The translations under genes were made by a program, and so were the position numbers. DNA of 64,000 nt, from contig JAKBAA010000002.1 in NCBI GenBank assembly GCA_021809425.1, positions 3,634-67,633 on the forward strand, given 5' to 3'. The notes under the pieces are model-generated. The model saw nothing but the letters and a program-made list of their open reading frames with translations. It had not been told where the DNA came from and did no database searches. Source of the DNA: Actinomycetes bacterium. Lineage in GTDB: Bacteria > Actinomycetota > Acidimicrobiia > Acidimicrobiales > Bog-793. This document shows, piece by piece, positions 33,192-43,268 of this stretch (within the stretch, counting starts at the first letter, position 1; each line of letters begins with the position of its first letter).

Positions 33192-34885
33192 GAGGGATGT
33201 GCCACCCGGAACAGGAAGTAGGCCGCCGGCAGCACGAACAGCATGGCGTCGATCCGGTCGAAGAAGCCGCCATGGGCCGGCAACACCCGTCCCATGTCCT
33301 TCACCCCGAGGTCCCGCTTGACGAGCGACTCGGTGAGGTCACCGAGCGGGGCCAGCACCGACACGAGCGCCGCCAGCCCGACCGCCGTGCCGGTGGCGAT
33401 CGGGTGGAGGTGGGCGATGCCGAACGACGCCACGAACGTGAGGGCCGTCCCGCCGGCGAACCCCTCCCAGGTCTTGTTCGGGCTCACCGTCGGCAGCACC
33501 TTGTGCCGGCCGAGCGTCGCACCGGCGGCGTACGACCCGACGTCGTGGGCCGCCGTCAGCACGAGGGCGGCGAACACGAAGGCGACCCCGTGGCGGTGCG
33601 GGAAGTGGGCAGGTGCCAGCAACAGGCCGGCGAAGGCGGCCAGCACGCCGACCCACACCAGCACGAGCAGCGTCGCTGCCAGGTCCGCCGCCGGCGACGC
33701 CGGTGGGCGCGCCGCCGACGGAAGCTCCGTCGCCTGCGCCAGGAACCAGATCGCTGCGATCACCACGCAGCACGCCAGCACCACCGGCACGGCGATCGGA
33801 CCACGCAGGTACGCCCCGATGATCAGTGCCGGCACGCCGAGCAGGCCGACGAGGCTCGCCGGGCGGCGGCCGGACCGCCGCAGGGTGCTATAGGCCTCGC
33901 CGGCAGCCAGCGTCGACACGACGGCGACCAGCGCCAGCGCCGGAACCGAGCCGGCCACGAACGCCGCCACGGCGATCCCGCCGGCGACGAGGCCGGTCGC
34001 GGTCGCCACCAACGGGTTGCGTCGCCCCCCCGCCCGGCCCCGCTCGCGCCGCTCGACGGCCGGACCAGCCGCTGCGGCCGGCGCGGACGGTGACGGCGGC
34101 ACCGAGGCGGCTGCCGCGTCGGGATCCGCACGCGGTGGTGCCGGCTCGGCGGCGCGAAACCGTGGTGGCGGCGATGCCGGCTCGGCGGGGCGCGACGGGC
34201 GGGCGGACGACCGCGCCGTGTCGCCGGCGGCGAAGGCGGCCCAGGCCTCGTCACCGGCCACCCCGTCGTCGGAGGCGGGCGGCCTCGCCTCGACGCCGGT
34301 CGGCGCCGGTGACCCCCCGGCCAAGGTGCCCGCGCCGGAGGCGACCGCAGGGGGCGCGGCGTGCGGCCGCTGCACCGGCCGCCGGGGATCGTCATCGAGC
34401 TCGTGGAACTCGATCGGACCCTCGAGCAGGCCCGCCTCGGCCGTGCGGCCGGCGACCCCCGTCGTCTCCTCCGCCGCCTCGTCGAAGGCGCCGAAGCCGA
34501 GGTCATCGTCCCAGTCGGCGGCCTGCTCCCGCCAGGTCGGACCACGGGTCTTCGCCCAGGGCGACAGCTCGGCGGCCTCGCCGGCGGCGTCGAGGAGGAC
34601 GCTCGGAACCTGCCCCGTCGGCGGGTCGGCCCAGTCGGGAAGCTCGGGTATGAGCAGCGCGGACGGGCGGACAGGCTCCTCGGGCACCGTCACCGGCCCG
34701 TCTCCCACCGACGGGTCGCCCGGCATCGCGCCAGCGGGCGGCTCGGCCCAGCCGGCCGCCACGGCCGCCTCGACGGCGGCGATGCGGAGCTGGTCGGTCG
34801 ACGTCGGTGGACCGCCGTGCCCGTGGGTGCCCGGCCGGCGGGCGTCGCCGCCGGAGATGTCGTCTGCCTGGTCCACCTGATTCAT
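33188..34885 (-). CDS. cdsA: Phosphatidate cytidylyltransferase with a ~270-aa Pro/Ala/Asp-rich N-terminal extension
   Basis: The C-terminal ~290 aa is a typical CdsA (...SPNKTWEGFAGG..., ...SLVKRDLGVKDMGRVLPAHGGFFDRIDAM...). The same frame stays open and GC3-rich upstream to ATG 34885 / GTG 34876, which follows GGGAGGA. Confidence 0.85.
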   Translation of the reverse strand: MNQVDQADDISGGDARRPGTHGHGGPPTSTDQLRIAAVEAAVAAGWAEPPAGAMPGDPSVGDGPVTVPEEPVRPSALLIPELPDWADPPTGQVPSVLLDAAGEAAELSPWAKTRGPTWREQAADWDDDLGFGAFDEAAEETTGVAGRTAEAGLLEGPIEFHELDDDPRRPVQRPHAAPPAVASGAGTLAGGSPAPTGVEARPPASDDGVAGDEAWAAFAAGDTARSSARPSRPAEPASPPPRFRAAEPAPPRADPDAAAASVPPSPSAPAAAAGPAVERRERGRAGGRRNPLVATATGLVAGGIAVAAFVAGSVPALALVAVVSTLAAGEAYSTLRRSGRRPASLVGLLGVPALIIGAYLRGPIAVPVVLACCVVIAAIWFLAQATELPSAARPPASPAADLAATLLVLVWVGVLAAFAGLLLAPAHFPHRHGVAFVFAALVLTAAHDVGSYAAGATLGRHKVLPTVSPNKTWEGFAGGTALTFVASFGIAHLHPIATGTAVGLAALVSVLAPLGDLTESLVKRDLGVKDMGRVLPAHGGFFDRIDAMLFVLPAAYFLFRVAHPS

Positions 34886-34934
34886 CCTCCCGATCCCGCG
34901 ACCCGCGCGGGTCCGGCGCCGCCCGACGGCTGGC

Positions 34935-35507
34935 TCAGACCTCGAGCAGCTCCTGCTCCTTGTGAGCGAGCAGCCCGTCGAGCTCCACGACGAGCTCGTG
35001 GGTCAGCTTCTCGAGCTCCTTCTCCGCCCATTCGAGATCATCGGAGGAGATCTCGCCAGCGTGCTCGAGCTGCTCGAGCTCGTGCCGGGTCGCCCGGCGC
35101 ACCGCCCGAACGGCGATCCGGCCGTCCTCGGCCCGCTGCTTGGTCACCTTGACCAGCTCCTTGCGGCGCTCCTCGGTCAGCTGCGGGAACACGAGCCGGA
35201 TGACGCTACCGTCGTTCGACGGGTTGATCCCGAGGTCCGACAGCTGGATCGCCTTCTCGATCGCCTTCATCGACCCCTTGTCGTAGGGGTGGAGGACGAG
35301 GACGCGCGCTTCGGCCACCGTCACCCCGGCGAGCTGCTGGAGGGGCACCTCGGCGCCGAAGTAGTCGACCTTCAGCTTCTCGACGAGCGCCGGGGCCGCC
35401 CGGCCCGTCCGGATGCTGGCGAACTCCCCCTTGGCGTGCTCGAGTGCCCGGCGCATCTTCTCGCGGGCGTCCTCGAGGGCCACCTCGATCAACGACGCAT
35501 CGGTCAT
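34935..35507 (-). CDS. frr: Ribosome recycling factor
   Basis: [51 protein letters not shown]... is full-length RRF-like (190 aa). ATGA overlap with the pyrH stop. Confidence 0.95.
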   Translation of the reverse strand: MTDASLIEVALEDAREKMRRALEHAKGEFASIRTGRAAPALVEKLKVDYFGAEVPLQQLAGVTVAEARVLVLHPYDKGSMKAIEKAIQLSDLGINPSNDGSVIRLVFPQLTEERRKELVKVTKQRAEDGRIAVRAVRRATRHELEQLEHAGEISSDDLEWAEKELEKLTHELVVELDGLLAHKEQELLEV

Positions 35508-36286
35508 CGGATCAGCGTACCGATCGGCTCGCCCCCGAGGGCGCTGCGGATGTTGCCGGGGGCCATCAGGTCGAACACGAGGATCGGCAGGGCGTTGTCC
35601 TTGCAGAACGTGATTGCGGTGAGATCCATCACCCGCAGACCCCGTGCCAGCACCTCGTCGAAGCTGATGTCGTCGAAGCGGGTGGCGTCCGGCGAGCGGC
35701 GCGGATCGGCGCTGTAGACCCCGTCCACCCCGGAGTGGGTCCCCTTCAGGATGACCTCGGCCTCGATCTCGGCCGCCCGGAGCGCTGCCGGCGTGTCCGT
35801 CGTGAAGTACGGGTTGCCCATGCCGGCGGCGAAGATGACGACGCGGCCCTTCTCCAGGTGGCGGATGGCGCGGCGGCGGATGTACGGCTCGCACACCTCT
35901 TGCATGGCGATCGCCGACAGCACCCGGGTGGGCTGCCCCTCGCGCTCGATGGCGTCCTGGAGCGCCAGGGCGTTGATCACCGTGCCGAGCATGCCCATCG
36001 TGTCCGACGTGGCCCGGTCGATGCCGCCGCCCGCCCCGGTCGTGCCACGCCAGATGTTGCCGCCGCCGATCATCACGGCGAGCTCGACGCCGAGCTCGAA
36101 GCGGCACTGTGCGATCTCGTGGGCGATCCGCCGCACGGTGGCCGCGTCGATCGTCTCGTCGGACGACGCCGAGGCGAGCGCCTCACCCGACAGCTTGAGC
36201 ACAGCCCGGGACCACCGGGGTGCCGCGGCGCCTCCGGGGGCGGCGACCCCGGCCCCCTCGCTCGCCTCGGGGCCGGTGGTCGTCAC
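35504..36286 (-). CDS. pyrH: UMP kinase
   Basis: ...[11 protein letters not shown]...[11 protein letters not shown]...[15 protein letters not shown]...[16 protein letters not shown]... GTG 36286 overlaps the tsf stop (GTGA). Confidence 0.95.
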   Translation of the reverse strand: MTTTGPEASEGAGVAAPGGAAAPRWSRAVLKLSGEALASASSDETIDAATVRRIAHEIAQCRFELGVELAVMIGGGNIWRGTTGAGGGIDRATSDTMGMLGTVINALALQDAIEREGQPTRVLSAIAMQEVCEPYIRRRAIRHLEKGRVVIFAAGMGNPYFTTDTPAALRAAEIEAEVILKGTHSGVDGVYSADPRRSPDATRFDDISFDEVLARGLRVMDLTAITFCKDNALPILVFDLMAPGNIRSALGGEPIGTLIR

Positions 36287-37083
36287 GCTCCGATGAGGAC
36301 CTGAGCGAAGCGCCGGAGCTCGGCCGAGCCGAGCACCTGGGTGATCGTGCGCTTCTCGTCCTTGGCGAACGGCTGCTCGAGCAGCACCCGCTCCTTGAAC
36401 CATCCGTTCATGCGGCCCTCGACGATCTTCTCGAGCTGCGCCTCGGGCTTGCCCTCGTTGCGCGCCATCGCCTCGACGGTCGTCTGCTCGCCGGTGACCA
36501 GGTCCTCCGGCACGTCCTCCCGCCGGAGGTACTCGGGCCGGGCGAAGGCGATGTGAACGGCGATGTCGTGGGCCAGCTCGGCGCTTCCGCCCGCCAGCTC
36601 GACCAGCACGCCGTTCACCCCACGGCCGTTCTGGACATGGAGGTAGCTCTCGAGCACCCCTCCTTCGGCCGCCTCGAAGCGCACGCGCTTGCCGACGGCG
36701 ATGTTCTCCTTGAGGGTCACCTTGAGCTGGTCGATCTCGTCGGTCACCGCCTCCACGGCCGCCTCGCCCTCGCGGGCGAGGCCATCGGCGAGGGTGTCGA
36801 CGAGGCGGACGAAGTCGGCCGACTTCGCCACGAAGTCGGTCTCGCACTCGAGCGCCACGATGGCGCCGAGGCGCCCCTCGCCGGTCACCACCACCGAGAT
36901 GGCACCCTCGCTTCGCTCGCGGTCGCTGCGCTTGCTGGCTCCCGCCAGTCCCTGCTCGCGCAGCCACTGCATCGCCCGTTCGGCATCGCCGTCGTTCTCG
37001 ACGAGCGCACGCCGGGCGTCGAGGATCCCGGCACCCGTCGCCTGGCGCAGCGCCTGGACGTCCTTCGCGGTCACGTTCGCCAT
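36283..37083 (-). CDS. tsf: Translation elongation factor Ts
   Basis: [45 protein letters not shown]... (UBA-like N-terminus), then the EF-Ts core. 266 aa. Confidence 0.95.
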   Translation of the reverse strand: MANVTAKDVQALRQATGAGILDARRALVENDGDAERAMQWLREQGLAGASKRSDRERSEGAISVVVTGEGRLGAIVALECETDFVAKSADFVRLVDTLADGLAREGEAAVEAVTDEIDQLKVTLKENIAVGKRVRFEAAEGGVLESYLHVQNGRGVNGVLVELAGGSAELAHDIAVHIAFARPEYLRREDVPEDLVTGEQTTVEAMARNEGKPEAQLEKIVEGRMNGWFKERVLLEQPFAKDEKRTITQVLGSAELRRFAQVLIGA

Positions 37084-37088
37084 CTGGC

Positions 37089-38102
37089 TCAGGCCTCCAC
37101 CTGCGGGCTCGTCGATTCGTTGGGGCTCTCCGTGTCCGTCGGCACGGTGTCCGTCGGCACGGTGTCCGTCGGCACGGTGTCCGTCGGCACGGTGTCCGTC
37201 GGCACGGTGTCCGTCGGCACGGTGTCCGTCGGCACGGTGTCCGTCGGCACGGTGTCCGTCGGCACGGTGTCCGTCGGGGCCGTGGCCACCGGGGCGACGG
37301 CGTCCTCGCTCGCTGCCGCGGGCGCCGCCGGGGCCGGGGCAGCAGGTGCCGCCGGGGCCGGGGCCGGGGCAGCAGTGGGGCTGTCGCCACCCTGCAGCCG
37401 GGCGGACGCCCGCTGGGAGTACATGTAGCGACCCTCGTTCACGGCGTCGGCGATGACGCGGCACATCAGTCGACCGGACCGGATGGCGTCGTCGTTGCCC
37501 GGGATCACGAAGTCGATGACGTCCGGGTCGCAGTTGGTGTCGACGACGGCGACTGAGGGGAGGCCGAGCTTGCGCGCCTCGGTGACGGCGATGTGCTCCT
37601 TCTTCGTGTCGATCACGAAGATCGCGTCCGGCAGCTTGCTGAGCCGCCGGATGCCGCCGAGGTTGCGCTGCAGCTTCTCGAGCTCGCGGCTCAGCAGCAG
37701 CGCTTCCTTCTTCGGCATGGCGTCGAACTCGCCGCTCGAGCGGGACTCCTCGAGCTGTGCGAGCTTGCGGACGCGGCCCGCGATCGTCTCGAAGTTGGTC
37801 AGCATGCCGCCCAGCCAGCGCTCGTTCACGTACGGCATCCCGCAGGCCGACGCGAACTCGGCGACCGGGTCCTGGGACTGCTTCTTCGTCCCGACGAACA
37901 GGATCGTGCCGCCGCCGGCCACGAGGTCACGCACGAACCGGTGGGCGACCTCGATCCGGGACAGCGTCTGGTGCAGGTCGATGATGTAGATGCCGTTGCG
38001 CTCGCCATACAGGAACCGCTTCATCTTCGGGTTCCACCGGCGCGTCTGGTGCCCGAAGTGGACACCGGCATCGAGCAGCTGCTTCATCGTGACGACGGCC
38101 AT
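37089..38102 (-). CDS. rpsB: 30S ribosomal protein S2 with an ~85-aa low-complexity C-terminal extension
   Basis: [27 protein letters not shown]...; ATG preceded by GGGAGGA. The tail is [32 protein letters not shown](PTDTV)9[17 protein letters not shown]. Confidence 0.95.
   Translation of the reverse strand: MAVVTMKQLLDAGVHFGHQTRRWNPKMKRFLYGERNGIYIIDLHQTLSRIEVAHRFVRDLVAGGGTILFVGTKKQSQDPVAEFASACGMPYVNERWLGGMLTNFETIAGRVRKLAQLEESRSSGEFDAMPKKEALLLSRELEKLQRNLGGIRRLSKLPDAIFVIDTKKEHIAVTEARKLGLPSVAVVDTNCDPDVIDFVIPGNDDAIRSGRLMCRVIADAVNEGRYMYSQRASARLQGGDSPTAAPAPAPAAPAAPAPAAPAAASEDAVAPVATAPTDTVPTDTVPTDTVPTDTVPTDTVPTDTVPTDTVPTDTVPTDTVPTDTESPNESTSPQVEA
37131..37275 (-). repeat. Perfect 15-bp tandem repeat, 9 full copies plus a partial copy, in frame in rpsB
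   Basis: The plus strand reads ggcacggtgtccgtc nine times without a single mismatch (37141-37275), preceded by the partial copy cgtgtccgtc. It encodes PTDTV units. Confidence 0.95.
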
Positions 38103-38221
38103 GCGTCGATCCTCCCAACGGTTGGCGTGGATCCGGGCGCTGCGCCCTCGCGGGCGACCGTGGGTGCGTCCGGACAGGACAGTACGAGGGGCCCGGGCGG
38201 GCCCGACATGAGGATAGCGGG

Positions 38222-39118
38222 TCAGGCGCGGGGGTGCGCACGGCGGTACACCCCGACGAGCCGCTCGCGCGACACGTGGGTGTACACCTGGGTCGTGCGC
38301 AGCGAGGCGTGCCCGAGCAGCTCCTGGACCGCCCGAAGGTCCGCCCCGTTGTCGAGGAGGTGCGTGGCGAAGCTGTGGCGCAGCGCATGTGGGTGGGTCG
38401 GCACCGGGGAACGGCGGTCGAGGATCCGGCGGACGTCGCGAGGCCCGAGACGGCTGCCGCGGGCGTTCACGAACAGGGCCGCCGGTGGGGTCTGCTCGGT
38501 GGCGAGCACCGGACGACCGGCCTCGAGCCAGGCGCCGAGCGCCTCGACGCACGGGCGGCTCATCGGGACGAGCCGCTGCTTGCCCCCCTTGCCCCACACG
38601 ACGACCCGACCGGCCGACCGGTCGACGGCGTCGAGGTCGAGCCCGCAGCACTCGCTCACCCGCAGGCCCGACCCGTACAGCAGCTCGAGCACGGCGTCGT
38701 CACGGAGCCGGCGTGCGGCGGCGACCCGGGCGTCGCCGGCAGCGACCGCCGGTGCCGGTGGCGGCTCGAGCAGGGCATCCAGCTCACGCGCCGACAGCAC
38801 GTCGGGCAGACGACCGCCACCGCCCGCAGCGGTCAGCCGGCGCGCCGGGTCGTCCTCGACGAGACCCCGGCGGCGGCACCAGGCGAAGTACCGGCGCAGG
38901 GCGGCCGCCTTGCGGGCGACGGTGGTGCGCGCCATGCCCCGCGTCGCCAGGTAGGCCAGGTAGCGGCGGAGCAGCAGCCGGTCGACCTCGGCCGGACCGG
39001 TGACGCCCGCTCTGGCGGCCCACACGACGAAGGCCTCGATGTCGGTTCGGTAGGCGCGCACCGTCGCCTCCGCCGCTCCGGACAGCGAGCGGGCGAACGA
39101 CGCGACCGCCCAGCTCAT
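38222..39118 (-). CDS. xerC: Tyrosine recombinase XerC (chromosome dimer resolution)
   Basis: ...[10 protein letters not shown]..., ...[39 protein letters not shown]... gives the R-H-R-Y catalytic context. It has the conserved position next to rpsB. Confidence 0.85.
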   Translation of the reverse strand: MSWAVASFARSLSGAAEATVRAYRTDIEAFVVWAARAGVTGPAEVDRLLLRRYLAYLATRGMARTTVARKAAALRRYFAWCRRRGLVEDDPARRLTAAGGGGRLPDVLSARELDALLEPPPAPAVAAGDARVAAARRLRDDAVLELLYGSGLRVSECCGLDLDAVDRSAGRVVVWGKGGKQRLVPMSRPCVEALGAWLEAGRPVLATEQTPPAALFVNARGSRLGPRDVRRILDRRSPVPTHPHALRHSFATHLLDNGADLRAVQELLGHASLRTTQVYTHVSRERLVGVYRRAHPRA

Positions 39119-39216
39119 GGCGGTATCCTACGCCCCGGGCCGCCCGGTCCGAGCGGACCGGCAGCGGAGCGGCCGGGCGCGCGTCGCCACGTCGAGTCGT
39201 GGGGGAGGATGGAGCA

Positions 39217-39909
39217 ATGGCGAGTCACATCCTCCTCGTGGAGGACGACGAGCGGATCCGGACCTCGATGCGCCTGGCGCTCGAGGACGAGGGGTACGAC
39301 GTCGCCGAGGCCGGCAGCGGCGAGGAGGCCCTCGAGCTGTATGCCCAGACGTCGGCCCACTCCCCCTTCGACCTGCTGATCGTCGACATCATGCTGCCGG
39401 GCATGGACGGCTTCGCCTGCTGCCGGGAGCTCCGCCGGCAGAGCTCCGTGCCGATCATCATGGTGACCGCCCGCACCGACACGCACGACGTCGTGGCCGG
39501 CCTCGAGGCCGGCGCCGACGACTACGTCACGAAGCCGTTCGAGCCGAAGGAGCTGGCGGCGCGCATCCGGGCCCTGCTGCGCCGCGCCCGGGCTGCCGAC
39601 GCCGGCGGTGCCGCCCTCGTGTTCGGCGACCTCGAGATCCAGCCGGACGCCGGCGTTGTCCGGCTGTCGGGCGACGAGGTGCACCTGACGCGCACCGAGT
39701 TCCTCCTGCTGTGCGAGCTCGCAGCCAACGCCGGCAAGGTGCTGTCACGCGAGCAGCTGCTCGAGCGGGTCTGGAGCTACGACTACTTCGGTGACGGCCG
39801 CCTGGTCGACGTCCACGTCCGGCGGCTGCGCACCAAGGTCGAGCCGGACCCGGCCAATCCCCGCCACGTGCTCACCGTCCGCGGCCTCGGGTACAAGCTG
39901 GCCCCCTAG
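39217..39909 (+). CDS. mtrA: OmpR-family response regulator (MtrA-like)
   Basis: ATG 39217 lies 7 nt after GGGGGAGGA. Receiver domain ...ILLVEDDERIR...DLLIVDIMLPGMDG... and winged-helix ...RLVDVHVRRLRTKVE...VRGLGYKL. Confidence 0.9.
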   Translation: MASHILLVEDDERIRTSMRLALEDEGYDVAEAGSGEEALELYAQTSAHSPFDLLIVDIMLPGMDGFACCRELRRQSSVPIIMVTARTDTHDVVAGLEAGADDYVTKPFEPKELAARIRALLRRARAADAGGAALVFGDLEIQPDAGVVRLSGDEVHLTRTEFLLLCELAANAGKVLSREQLLERVWSYDYFGDGRLVDVHVRRLRTKVEPDPANPRHVLTVRGLGYKLAP

Positions 39910-41579
39910 TGCGCGGCCGCCCGGGGGAGCCGTTCGAGCCGGCCGGACGACACCGCCTGTTCCGGCTCGGGCTGCGGGCCCGGATCACCCTTTCGTTCGC
40001 CTTCGGCGCCCTCGTCCTATCGAGCGCCCTCGCCTCGATCACCTACTTCACCACCCGACGCCAGATCCTCGGCCAGGAAGCCTCGACGCTGCAGCGGGAG
40101 GCCTACGACAACGCCGCCATCCTCTACTCCGACCTCCAGACCATGGCGCCAGTCGACGCCCTCGACCAGATCGACCTGTCTGCCAGCCCACCGGCGCCCG
40201 CCTCGGCCGGATCGCTGTGGGGGCTGTCCCACGCCTCGTGGTCCCTCTACTACCAGCCGGCCGCCACCGGGTTCCCCGTCGAGCCCAACCCGGCCGTCGG
40301 TGAGCGTCACTGGCCGACGAGCGTGCTCGCCATCGCCCGGTCCGGGTCGCCGGCGACCCAGTACGCCGAGTTCTACGGCACGCCGCACTTCTTCGTGGCC
40401 GTCCCGATGCCGGCCCTCAAGGCGATCTTCGTCGAGACCTTCCCGCTCGACCAGACCGAGCGGACGCTCCAGATCATCTTCGCCTCGCTCGTCGTGGCCG
40501 GGGCCGTCACGACGCTCGCCGGGGCCGTCCTCGGCAGGTGGGCGGCCGGGCGCGCCCTCCGGCCGCTGCGCGAGGTGTCCCAGGCGGCCCTTGCCATCGC
40601 GAGTGGCCGGCTCGGCACCCGCCTCGAGACCGCCGACGTGCGTGACCTTGCCATCCTCGCCTCCTCCTTCAACCGGATGGCCGACCGGCTCCAGCAGCGC
40701 ATCGAGCGAGACGCCCGGTTCGCCTCGGACGTCAGCCACGAGCTGCGTTCACCGCTGCAGACCCTCGCCAACTCGCTGTCGGTCATCGAGGCGCGCCGCG
40801 ACGAGCTGCCCGAGCGCTCCCGCCAAGCGCTCGAGCTGGTCAGCGCAGAGGTGCGCCGGTTCCAGCGGATGGTGGGCGAGCTGCTCGAGATCTCACGCTT
40901 CGATGCCGGCTCCGCCGACTTCGAGGCCAGCCGGGTCGCCGTCGGCGAGCTCGTCCGCCGGGCGGTCGCCGCCGCCGGCGGCGCCGCCGTGCCCGTCGTG
41001 GTCGACCCGGCCGCCGAGCAGCAGGCCGTGGTGGTCGACAAGCGGCGCATCGAGCGCGTGGTCACCAACCTGCTCGAGAATGCCGACCACTACGCCGGCG
41101 GCGCCACCCGCGTCCTCGTCGACGGCCGGGACGATGCCGTCCGCATCGCCGTCGAGGACGCCGGACCGGGCATCCCGCCCGGCGAGCGCGAGCGCGTGTT
41201 CGAGCGGTTCGCCCGCGGCAGCATCGCCGCCGGCCGCCGCGGTGCCGGTCAGGGGACGGGGCTCGGCCTGGCGCTCGTCGTCGAGCACCTCAAGCTGCAC
41301 GGCGGCACCGCCTGGATCGAGGATGCCCCGTCGGGAGGGGCGCGCTTCGTCGTCCAGCTGCCGGCGGCGCCACCCCTCGAGGAGGCGGATGCCGCGCACG
41401 GGGCGGCCGGGGCACCGGCGGGCGACGGTGACCAGCGCGACGGCGAGCTTCCCCCGCCGAGCGCCGATGGGCCCCCCGCAACCGACCACCCCGGGACGGA
41501 CGACCACGCTGCCCGGTCGGGCGACGACCAGGTGTCGGCCGCCCGGACGATCGGGAGCGACGATGAACGGGCGCGCTGA
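39909..41579 (+). CDS. mtrB: Sensor histidine kinase (MtrB-like): 2 TM, HAMP, HisKA, HATPase_c
   Basis: GTG overlaps the mtrA stop (TAGTG). H-box FASDVSHELRSPL, N-box NLLENADHYA, G-boxes DAGPGIP and GTGLGLALV. Confidence 0.9.
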   Translation: MRGRPGEPFEPAGRHRLFRLGLRARITLSFAFGALVLSSALASITYFTTRRQILGQEASTLQREAYDNAAILYSDLQTMAPVDALDQIDLSASPPAPASAGSLWGLSHASWSLYYQPAATGFPVEPNPAVGERHWPTSVLAIARSGSPATQYAEFYGTPHFFVAVPMPALKAIFVETFPLDQTERTLQIIFASLVVAGAVTTLAGAVLGRWAAGRALRPLREVSQAALAIASGRLGTRLETADVRDLAILASSFNRMADRLQQRIERDARFASDVSHELRSPLQTLANSLSVIEARRDELPERSRQALELVSAEVRRFQRMVGELLEISRFDAGSADFEASRVAVGELVRRAVAAAGGAAVPVVVDPAAEQQAVVVDKRRIERVVTNLLENADHYAGGATRVLVDGRDDAVRIAVEDAGPGIPPGERERVFERFARGSIAAGRRGAGQGTGLGLALVVEHLKLHGGTAWIEDAPSGGARFVVQLPAAPPLEEADAAHGAAGAPAGDGDQRDGELPPPSADGPPATDHPGTDDHAARSGDDQVSAARTIGSDDERAR

Positions 41580-42231
41580 CCGGCGCCGCCGCCTGTCGGT
41601 GGTCGCTGCGCTCGCCGCCGCCGCTGTCGGGCTCGGCGCCTGCGGCATCCCGGTCAGCCAGAGCGCCCAGCCGGCGTCGTCGCGCGACCTCAACCCGCAG
41701 CTTTCCCAGCTCGGTCCGCCGACCACCACGACGCCGAAGCCGCCACCGTCGGTCGCCACCCCGCACTCCAACCACCTCGAGATCTTCCTCGTGAACCGCG
41801 GCGCCTCCCACCTCGTCCCGGTGCAGCGCAGCTGGGCGAGCCACGTCACCCCGTCGATCGCCCTCAGCGTCCTGGCGCTCGGCCCGAACGCCGTCGACAC
41901 CCGGCTCGGCCTCCAGACCGATCTCGCCACCGGTGCCGCACCGAAGGACGTCCCGGTGAACAGGGCAGGTGTGGCCAAGGTGGTCCTCGACGAGTCCACC
42001 TTCGTCCCGCTCGTCGGTGCCAGCCTCTACGTCCCGCTCGCCCAGATCACCTTCACGCTGATGACCAACTTCTCGTACATCAAGGCGGTCGACTTCTACC
42101 TCGGGACGAACCCGCCCCAGCTGTTCAACTACACGCCGGACGGCTCCAACCAGCTCAGTCCGGTCACCGAGCAGACCTACGCCGCGCTGAAGCCGGTGGC
42201 ACCGGCGAAGCGGTCCACGTCCAAGTCCTGA
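41563..42231 (+). CDS. Short LpqB-like lipoprotein (GerMN-type domain only)
   Basis: ATG 41563 overlaps the mtrB end by 17 nt. Lipobox LGAC-G. Positioned third in the mtrAB operon. ...HLEIFLVNRGASHLVPVQRSW... resembles GerMN-domain sequence. Only 222 aa. Confidence 0.7.
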   Translation: MNGRADRRRRLSVVAALAAAAVGLGACGIPVSQSAQPASSRDLNPQLSQLGPPTTTTPKPPPSVATPHSNHLEIFLVNRGASHLVPVQRSWASHVTPSIALSVLALGPNAVDTRLGLQTDLATGAAPKDVPVNRAGVAKVVLDESTFVPLVGASLYVPLAQITFTLMTNFSYIKAVDFYLGTNPPQLFNYTPDGSNQLSPVTEQTYAALKPVAPAKRSTSKS

Positions 42232-42267
42232 CCCGGCCCGACCCGAGTCGAGCGGCCGCGAACGCGA

Positions 42268-42651
42268 TCAGCGCAGGGCGCGTTCGGCGCGCTCCGCCGG
42301 CACCGTCCCCGCCGCCTCCCAGTCGATGCGCACGGCGTCCGACCAGAGCCGCTCCAGGCCGTAGAAGTCACGCGCCTCGCTGGCGAGCACGTGGACGACA
42401 AAGTCGCCGTAGTCGAGCAGCACCCAGGTGGCGTCCCCGCCGCCCTCCCGCCGCAGTGGCGCGGCCCCGAGCCGCTTGAGCGCCATGGTCACCTCGTCCA
42501 CGACGGCGCGGACCTGCCGGTCGTTGTGCCCGCTCGTGATCACGAAGTGGTCGGTGATGCCGATCACCTCGCCCACGTCGAGGACGACCGTCTCGTCCAG
42601 CGTCTTCGTCGACGCCGCCCGGGCGGCGGCAACGGCCCGGTCGAGGCTCAA
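42268..42651 (-). CDS. rsfS: Ribosomal silencing factor RsfS (iojap family)
   Basis: ...VLDVGEVIGITDHFVITSGHNDRQVRAVVDEV...WVLLDYGDFVVHVL..RDFYGLERLW... 127 aa. Confidence 0.95.
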   Translation of the reverse strand: MSLDRAVAAARAASTKTLDETVVLDVGEVIGITDHFVITSGHNDRQVRAVVDEVTMALKRLGAAPLRREGGGDATWVLLDYGDFVVHVLASEARDFYGLERLWSDAVRIDWEAAGTVPAERAERALR

Positions 42652-43268
42652 CAGCCGCTCGAGGAGGAGTCCATCGTGGTGTCAGCGTACAGCCGCCGCG
42701 CCCGCAGCACGCGAATGGCCGGCTCGGGAACGAGGAAGTCGAGCGGCCGCCCGTCGGCCGCCCGGGCGCGCAGGTCGGTGCTCGAGATCTCGAGCGCCGG
42801 GATCTCGATGCTCACCACCCGCCAGCCGCGCAGCACGTCGGCCCGCTCGTCCACCGGGGCCGTCCCGGGCCGGCTCATCGCCACGAGGGTTACCCCGGAC
42901 CGTACCTGCTCGACCCGCTCCCAGGTGTCCAGTCCGGACACCACGTCGGCACCGACCAGCAGGAACAGCTCCGCCCCGGGATGGCGCCCGGCAAGCTCGG
43001 CGACCGTGTCGGCGGTGTACGACACGCCGCCCCGGTCGATCTCGAGGGACGAGGCCTCGATGCCCGGATGGCCGGCGACGGCCGCCTCCACGAGGGCGAG
43101 CCGGTCGCTCGCCGGCGTGACCGGACGCGCCTCCACCTTCTGCCACGGCTCGTTGGCCACCACCAACAGGACCGTGTCCAGGTGCAGCAGGTGGCGGGCG
43201 TTGACGGCGCCGACCAGGTGGCCGACGTGGACCGGATCGAACGTCCCGCCAAGGATCCCGATGCGCAC
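42648..43268 (-). CDS. nadD: Nicotinate-nucleotide adenylyltransferase
   Basis: GTG 43268: VRIGILGGTFDPVHVGHL... (the (H/T)xGH motif), and ...EISSTDLR... (ISSTxxR). Overlaps the rsfS start by 4 nt. Confidence 0.9.
   Translation of the reverse strand: MRIGILGGTFDPVHVGHLVGAVNARHLLHLDTVLLVVANEPWQKVEARPVTPASDRLALVEAAVAGHPGIEASSLEIDRGGVSYTADTVAELAGRHPGAELFLLVGADVVSGLDTWERVEQVRSGVTLVAMSRPGTAPVDERADVLRGWRVVSIEIPALEISSTDLRARAADGRPLDFLVPEPAIRVLRARRLYADTTMDSSSSGC

Noticed and set aside
37131-37275. Regular 15-bp repeats as a CRISPR-like array
   Set aside because: The units are directly adjacent with no spacers, are far shorter than CRISPR repeats, and lie in frame inside rpsB.
38103-38221. rpsB promoter (-10-like TACTGT) in the xerC-rpsB gap
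   Set aside because: No acceptable -35 element lies at 16-19 nt spacing, and several equally poor alternatives exist. This is not supportable without TSS data.
38222-39118. Tyrosine recombinase as a marker of a prophage or integrative element
   Set aside because: Its motifs and its conserved position next to rpsB fit the housekeeping XerC. I found no flanking phage genes, att-like direct repeats or adjacent tRNA.
42232-42267. Possible bidirectional terminator between the lpqB-like gene and rsfS
   Set aside because: There is only an 8-bp NotI-type palindrome (gcggccgc) and no convincing stem-loop.
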